Part shown: positions 35,309-39,683 of the stretch, piece after piece
Position numbering within the stretch: the first letter of the stretch is position 1
Layout of the letters: each line of letters opens with the position of its first letter
Origin: a virus
Taxonomy: Duplodnaviria; Caudoviricetes
Length of the DNA stretch: 39,683 nucleotides
Reading direction: 5' to 3' (one strand)
Virus record (IMG/VR): IMGVR_UViG_3300029156_000008
Coordinates: 1-39,683 of that record
Translations under genes and position numbers: made by a program
Notes under the pieces: model-generated
Databases searched by the model: none
Told to the model about the DNA's origin: nothing
Seen by the model: the letters and a program-made list of their open reading frames with translations, nothing else

Positions 35309-35878
35309 ATGATCGACAGCACACTGGGGTTGCGCGGCCAGGTCTGCGCTGTTTTGGACGAGGTCGACCGGCCTCACTTTTCGTACTGCGCAACCTTCCG
35401 GGATGAGGGTGAGGCGTGTGACTGCGGGAAGATCGTCACGGGCATCTGGAAGAACATCATCCAGGACACCGGGGACATCTACTACGCCCAGCTCGGAGCT
35501 GGCGAGACCCCGACGGACACCTACACCCAGATCACCGTGGCGACGGCTGGGACCTTTGGGACGCTGAAGACCCGAGACGCTGGGGATGTCACCACGGTCC
35601 CCTCGGGCGGTTCTCAGAACTTCGACAGCGGCTACCCCACCACCGCTGACGCTGACACCAACAACCCAGGCACGACGGGCGCGGACATCGTCACGTTCCG
35701 CACGACCTACGCGATCGGGGACGCGAACGGCTCCATTACTGGCGTGGTGATCAACGAGACAGGCGCGACGTTCGGCTCAGGGTCCGATCCGCTCCTGATG
35801 TCGGCTGCCGTGACGATCACGAAGTCCGCCAGCCAGACACTCGCAATTTATGTGAATCACACGTTTACTGGGTCATAG
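35309..35878 (+). CDS. Virion structural protein (tail-fibre-anchor-like)
   Basis: KNIIQDTG...VTFRTTYAIGDANGSITGV...ITKSASQTLAIYVNHTF; Thr/Gly-rich beta protein. Confidence 0.7.
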   Translation: MIDSTLGLRGQVCAVLDEVDRPHFSYCATFRDEGEACDCGKIVTGIWKNIIQDTGDIYYAQLGAGETPTDTYTQITVATAGTFGTLKTRDAGDVTTVPSGGSQNFDSGYPTTADADTNNPGTTGADIVTFRTTYAIGDANGSITGVVINETGATFGSGSDPLLMSAAVTITKSASQTLAIYVNHTFTGS

Positions 35879-35886
35879 GGAAGAGT

Positions 35887-35922
35887 TTGACTATGGTTGC
35901 CTTCCCCTGTAGCCTGCCGAGC
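35887..35922 (+). promoter_or_regulatory. Sigma70-type promoter, leaderless, for the HNH gene
   Basis: TTGACT (35887-35892), 17 nt spacer, TAGCCT (35910-35915), 7 nt, then ATG 35923. Confidence 0.7.
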
Positions 35923-36396
35923 ATGGCTAGACCTAGAAATGAGTGGCGTGACGCCGAGGAGTACCTCCTTGAGCGTTGTGAAGAAGACGAGAAAACCGGC
36001 TGCTGGGAGTGGATCGCTGGTCGATCCGGCTGTGGCTATGGAGCTGTGATCTTCCCAGGAGAGAATCGAGCCCACCGGGCGGCTTACAAGGCCTGGAGGG
36101 GGCCTATCCCGAAGGGGATGCAGGTTCGGCACGCCTGCGATAACAAGATCTGCATCAATCCAGATCATCTGCTCGTGGGGTCGTGTGCCGACAACGTGAG
36201 GGATGCCCAGGACCGTGGGCTAAACCCATCCGGAGAGAAGCATGGGATGGCGAAGCTGAACGCTCATGCCGTCTCCATGATCCGAAAGCACTATTCCGAG
36301 GGTCGATTCAACCAACGTGAGCTTGGGGAGATCTTTGGGGTCTCTCAGCTCAATGTGAGCCGAATCGTCCGCAACAAGACTTGGACCGATGCCTGA
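35923..36396 (+). CDS. HNH homing endonuclease with C-terminal HTH
   Basis: GCWEW, GYG, AHRAAY, VRHACDNKICINPDHL, DN, GEKHGMAKL and QRELGEIFGVSQ. Confidence 0.9.
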   Translation: MARPRNEWRDAEEYLLERCEEDEKTGCWEWIAGRSGCGYGAVIFPGENRAHRAAYKAWRGPIPKGMQVRHACDNKICINPDHLLVGSCADNVRDAQDRGLNPSGEKHGMAKLNAHAVSMIRKHYSEGRFNQRELGEIFGVSQLNVSRIVRNKTWTDA

Positions 36397-37631
36397 TGCT
36401 GATCGCCCTGCTGCTCGCCGCTCTCCTGGCCAAGCCTGACGTCCTGATCATCGTTCTGGATGATGTGGGATGGACGGACTTCCAGGCTGTTGATACCCCC
36501 AACCTCGATGAGCTCGCTGACGAGGGAGTCCTCTTCCACCGAGCTTACGCTCACCCCTGGTGTCGTCCGACGCGGGCAGCCTTGCTCTTCTCTGTCTGGG
36601 ATGGGGCGAGCTACGGGAACCTCTGCAAGCTCCCGACGGCCTTCGCTCTCCCTGAGATCGACAGCCTCCCTTCGATTCTCTCGGGCTATTCCACGGGCCT
36701 CTTTGGGAAGTGGCACCTGGGGAACAACAACAACATCGCGTTCACGGCCTGGGAGACGCCCCAGCTCCATGGGTTCGACACTTGGAGGGCGGGGACGCCG
36801 GACAACATCTTCTCCCAGGCCTGCAACTCGCTGGACTACACGGACTGGAAGCGGGTCGATGACGGTGTCGTGACTCCCGGCGTCTCGACCTACAACACGA
36901 TCGCTGTCCGTGATGCGTGGTGTGATTGGTGGACGAACACTCCTGGGGAGAAGATGGCTGTGGTTGCCTACCAGGCGGCTCACGAGCCCTTCCACATCCC
37001 CCCCTCCAGCATCCTCCCTTCGTCCTACACCCCTCCCGCTCAGGTCGGTCCTCGAGAGCAGTACGAGGCGATGGTCCAGAGTTTGGACTTCGTCTTGGGT
37101 GAGATGTTGGAGGTTGTGGACAACGACACCTGGGTCTTTGTTTTTGGGGATAACGGCACGCCCTACAACGCCCTGGCCTCACCTTCCCAGGACCCCTTGA
37201 AGGTGAAGCACACGACCTTTGAACAGGGAGTCCACGTCCCCTTGGTAGTTCGAGGTCCTGGTGCAATCCCTGGGGACTACTTCGGGCCGGTGAACGTGGC
37301 AGACATCATGCCCACGGTCTCGGGCCTGACGATGTCCCTGATGCCTGCCGACAGGGACGGGATCTCCTTCTATGGGGCTCTGATCGGGATGGACTCCCCC
37401 AGGGACTGGACCTACGTCCACACGAAGCGAGGCAATCCCAAGGGTGGGCTTCCTGGGTCTGACGAGGCGGTGATCGAGGAGCGTTGGAAGCTCCGTGAGT
37501 TCGATGGCACTCAGACGCTCTACGATCTCCTGTACGACCCTTTGGAGGAGACTCCCCTGGATCCCGATGACCCGGTCTATGCCGTCCATGTGACGCGGCT
37601 CAGAGCGCTCCTGGCGCAGGCTAGGTCATGA
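36396..37631 (+). CDS. Formylglycine-dependent (S1) sulfatase with signal peptide
   Basis: PDVLIIVLDDVG, TPNLD, CRPTR (CxPxR), GKWHLG, HEPFH, GDNG, K-x-T-x-FEQGVHVP; start at ATG 36396 via TGATG. Confidence 0.92.
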   Translation: MLIALLLAALLAKPDVLIIVLDDVGWTDFQAVDTPNLDELADEGVLFHRAYAHPWCRPTRAALLFSVWDGASYGNLCKLPTAFALPEIDSLPSILSGYSTGLFGKWHLGNNNNIAFTAWETPQLHGFDTWRAGTPDNIFSQACNSLDYTDWKRVDDGVVTPGVSTYNTIAVRDAWCDWWTNTPGEKMAVVAYQAAHEPFHIPPSSILPSSYTPPAQVGPREQYEAMVQSLDFVLGEMLEVVDNDTWVFVFGDNGTPYNALASPSQDPLKVKHTTFEQGVHVPLVVRGPGAIPGDYFGPVNVADIMPTVSGLTMSLMPADRDGISFYGALIGMDSPRDWTYVHTKRGNPKGGLPGSDEAVIEERWKLREFDGTQTLYDLLYDPLEETPLDPDDPVYAVHVTRLRALLAQARS

Positions 37632-39062
37632 GTGGGGGTCCCGTACCGGGTAGTTCGCTTCACGACCTCGACAGCAAGCGCAGGGAACACCCAGGACATC
37701 ACTGTTGCGGGTGAGACCAGGACCGCGAAGCTCGTCCTGTTCCACATCTGCAATGCAACGGCAGACGCTACATCCACCAACGACCATGAGCAGGGTTGGG
37801 GAGCGTATGACGGGACGAGCGAATGGTCAGGGGCTATCTGTTCGGAGGATGCGCAGGCCAACTCGACGGTCTTCCAGCGCTACCACACGGATAGCTGTCT
37901 CTCCCTGATCCATTCAGCAGCGGGGACATCCTCGGAGGCGTTGCGTTTCTCGGGGAACTCTCTGATCTCGGGTGGGGTGCGTCTCGACATCGACGTGGCT
38001 GCTGGGTCTGCCTACAAGGGCCAGGCGTTCATCTTCTTCGAGGGTGACTTCGAGGTGGGGACGCACTCGAGCTCGGGGACGGTGGACACGCAGACGACGC
38101 AGACGGGGATGGGGTTCGATCCTTCGTTCGTGCTGTTGTGGGACTTCGACACGATGGCGTTCTCGACGACCATCCAGACGGGCATCCACATCTCCCAGGG
38201 GTACGTAGCGAACAACGCGACGTCAGGGACGCTCCAGTGCAGTACGACCTGGTACGACCGTGAGAGCGCTTCGACCTCTGACGTCCACCTCTACACCAGT
38301 ACAGCCACCTATGGATCAGGCTGGATTGGTGTGTCCTCTGGTTTGACGTCGATGGTGGAGTACGGATTCACGTCTGGTGGATTCACGGCGACCACCAGGC
38401 TCGTGGGGCAGTCTCACCGCATCGGCTATGTGGCAGGGGACATCCCCGGCAACGATGTGTGGGCTGGGGATCTCGAGTTCCCCACCTCGACAGGGGATCA
38501 CGACTTCACGGAGCCCAACGTGGAAGCTGTTGGTGGGTTCATCACGATCTCTGGAGCTCGTCCGGCGGACATCGACTCGTGGGTCAATGGTGGGTCGGCC
38601 AACCCGTTTGGTCAGGGAATGTGGACGTACGCCGATGAGTCCTGCATTGCAGGTATCTCGGAGCACAACCGAACCACGATGGACACGGGGGTCTACACCG
38701 ACGACACCCTCCTGGCTTATGAGTTTGCCACGGGGACGCTGACTCACGAGTCGAGCCATGTGGGGTCGATTGCAGGTGGGTTCAGGATCAATGCGCCGAC
38801 GACGGTGAACGGTTTCGTCCGTCACATGCCCTGCTTGGCCTTTGGTCCGAAGGCTGACTACGAGTCGATCGACGAGACGATGGGGATCACTGAGGTGGTC
38901 CTTGGTCTAGCCAGGCAGGCGATTGACGAGACGATGGGCATCACGGAGGAGGTAGGAAGCCTTCTTCGTCAGCGCATGTCAGGCAGGAACGGGCAGGGTG
39001 CTTTTGCGCGTGTAGAGGCCGGTCAGGGTGGCTACAACGGGGTTCGGGGCATGGGAGCTTGA
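37632..39062 (+). CDS. Virion structural/fibre-like beta protein
   Basis: Thr/Ser/Gly-rich; GFDPSFVLLW motif; C-terminal IDETMGITE repeat twice, 18 aa apart. Confidence 0.7.
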   Translation: MGVPYRVVRFTTSTASAGNTQDITVAGETRTAKLVLFHICNATADATSTNDHEQGWGAYDGTSEWSGAICSEDAQANSTVFQRYHTDSCLSLIHSAAGTSSEALRFSGNSLISGGVRLDIDVAAGSAYKGQAFIFFEGDFEVGTHSSSGTVDTQTTQTGMGFDPSFVLLWDFDTMAFSTTIQTGIHISQGYVANNATSGTLQCSTTWYDRESASTSDVHLYTSTATYGSGWIGVSSGLTSMVEYGFTSGGFTATTRLVGQSHRIGYVAGDIPGNDVWAGDLEFPTSTGDHDFTEPNVEAVGGFITISGARPADIDSWVNGGSANPFGQGMWTYADESCIAGISEHNRTTMDTGVYTDDTLLAYEFATGTLTHESSHVGSIAGGFRINAPTTVNGFVRHMPCLAFGPKADYESIDETMGITEVVLGLARQAIDETMGITEEVGSLLRQRMSGRNGQGAFARVEAGQGGYNGVRGMGA

Positions 39063-39065
39063 TCT

Positions 39066-39683
39066 ATGGCAGATGACATCACGGTTGACACGATCTCAGG
39101 GAATCCGACGGTAGCCACGGACGAGGTCTCGTCTCGCCACTACCAGATCTTCAAGCAGGCCTTTGGCGGTGAGGGGGTGGCGACGGAGATCGACGCGGAC
39201 AACCCCCTGCCGATAAACCCCTCGAGCATGGAGAGCGGTCAGAACACGACCACCACGCCTCTGGGGTCTGGTGCGACGTTCACGGGGACCTATGAGCAGA
39301 ACGAGTTCCCCGACGTCATGGTGTGGATGGAGTGCGACACCGCAGGGACGCTCTTCTTCGACTTCTCCCCGGACAACGGGACGAACGTGGGTGCGTTCCC
39401 GACGGCTGGCTTTGCCGTCTCAGCCAACATCCCGGCGTTCCACGTGGCGGTGAAGGGCCAGCGCTACTTTCGGGTGCGGTTCGTCAATTCCGCCTCGGTG
39501 CAGTCATCTATGGCTCTGTACACGTACTACGGGACGTTCCGGCAGGGCAATGCCCCCATCGACTCGGGGGTGAGTGCTGGGTCTGACGCGATCATCACCA
39601 AGTCTGTCCTGTTCGGTCAGGACCCTGACGCTGCCTACGTCGAGGTCAAGTCGGACGCTGGTGGTGGGTACAACGCGGTCCGT
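39066..39683 (+). CDS. Virion structural protein, 3' truncated by the window (not in ORF track)
   Basis: Open from ATG 39066 to the end: MADDITVDTISGNPTVATDEV...HYQ...DNPLP...TTTPLGSGATFTG...RYFRVRFVN. Confidence 0.75.
   Translation, partial: MADDITVDTISGNPTVATDEVSSRHYQIFKQAFGGEGVATEIDADNPLPINPSSMESGQNTTTTPLGSGATFTGTYEQNEFPDVMVWMECDTAGTLFFDFSPDNGTNVGAFPTAGFAVSANIPAFHVAVKGQRYFRVRFVNSASVQSSMALYTYYGTFRQGNAPIDSGVSAGSDAIITKSVLFGQDPDAAYVEVKSDAGGGYNAVR

Larger units (their letters stand above)
1..39683. mobile_element. Tailed dsDNA phage/prophage genome segment, podovirus-like
   Basis: TerL, portal, scaffold, major capsid, adaptor, nozzle and ejection-type genes in podoviral order. Dense small ORFs with ATGA/GTGA overlaps. 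No host housekeeping genes, tape measure or sheath recognised. Confidence 0.93.

Noticed and set aside
38867-38953. IDETMGITE repeat as a non-coding element
   Set aside because: Two in-frame copies 54 nt apart with synonymous changes; a protein-level repeat.
1-39683. tRNA/rRNA genes, integrase, DNA polymerase, alternative genetic code
   Set aside because: None recognised by eye; all three stop codons end well-supported genes. A tRNAscan/Infernal run would be needed to exclude RNA genes fully.

Overview
High-GC segment of a tailed dsDNA phage (or prophage) with podovirus-like organisation. It carries a leftward arm of small accessory genes (including a RuvC-like resolvase), a terminase large subunit, a second leftward island, then portal, GroES-like protein, scaffold, major capsid, cement, adaptor, nozzle and three ejection-type proteins. 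The right end has a u-spanin-like gene, HNH nucleases, a Rad52/Sak-like annealing protein, a beta-helix protein, an S1 sulfatase and fibre-like genes. The standout is a compact minus-strand locus at about 4855-6235: a stand-alone RAMP/Cas7-like gene, a 5-nt-periodic tract, a 156-aa accessory gene and a second 5-nt-periodic tract. By hand count, G occupies every fifth plus-strand position in 27/28 and 42/43 units. There is no classical CRISPR array and no cas1/cas2. It looks like a phage-encoded RAMP plus pentamer-repeat RNA system (VIPR-like), but with an invariant C rather than GGY on the coding strand. A CACGGAT motif lies exactly 33 nt upstream of three leftward start codons, including that of the RAMP gene. 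All protein calls come from motif recognition by eye, not from database searches.
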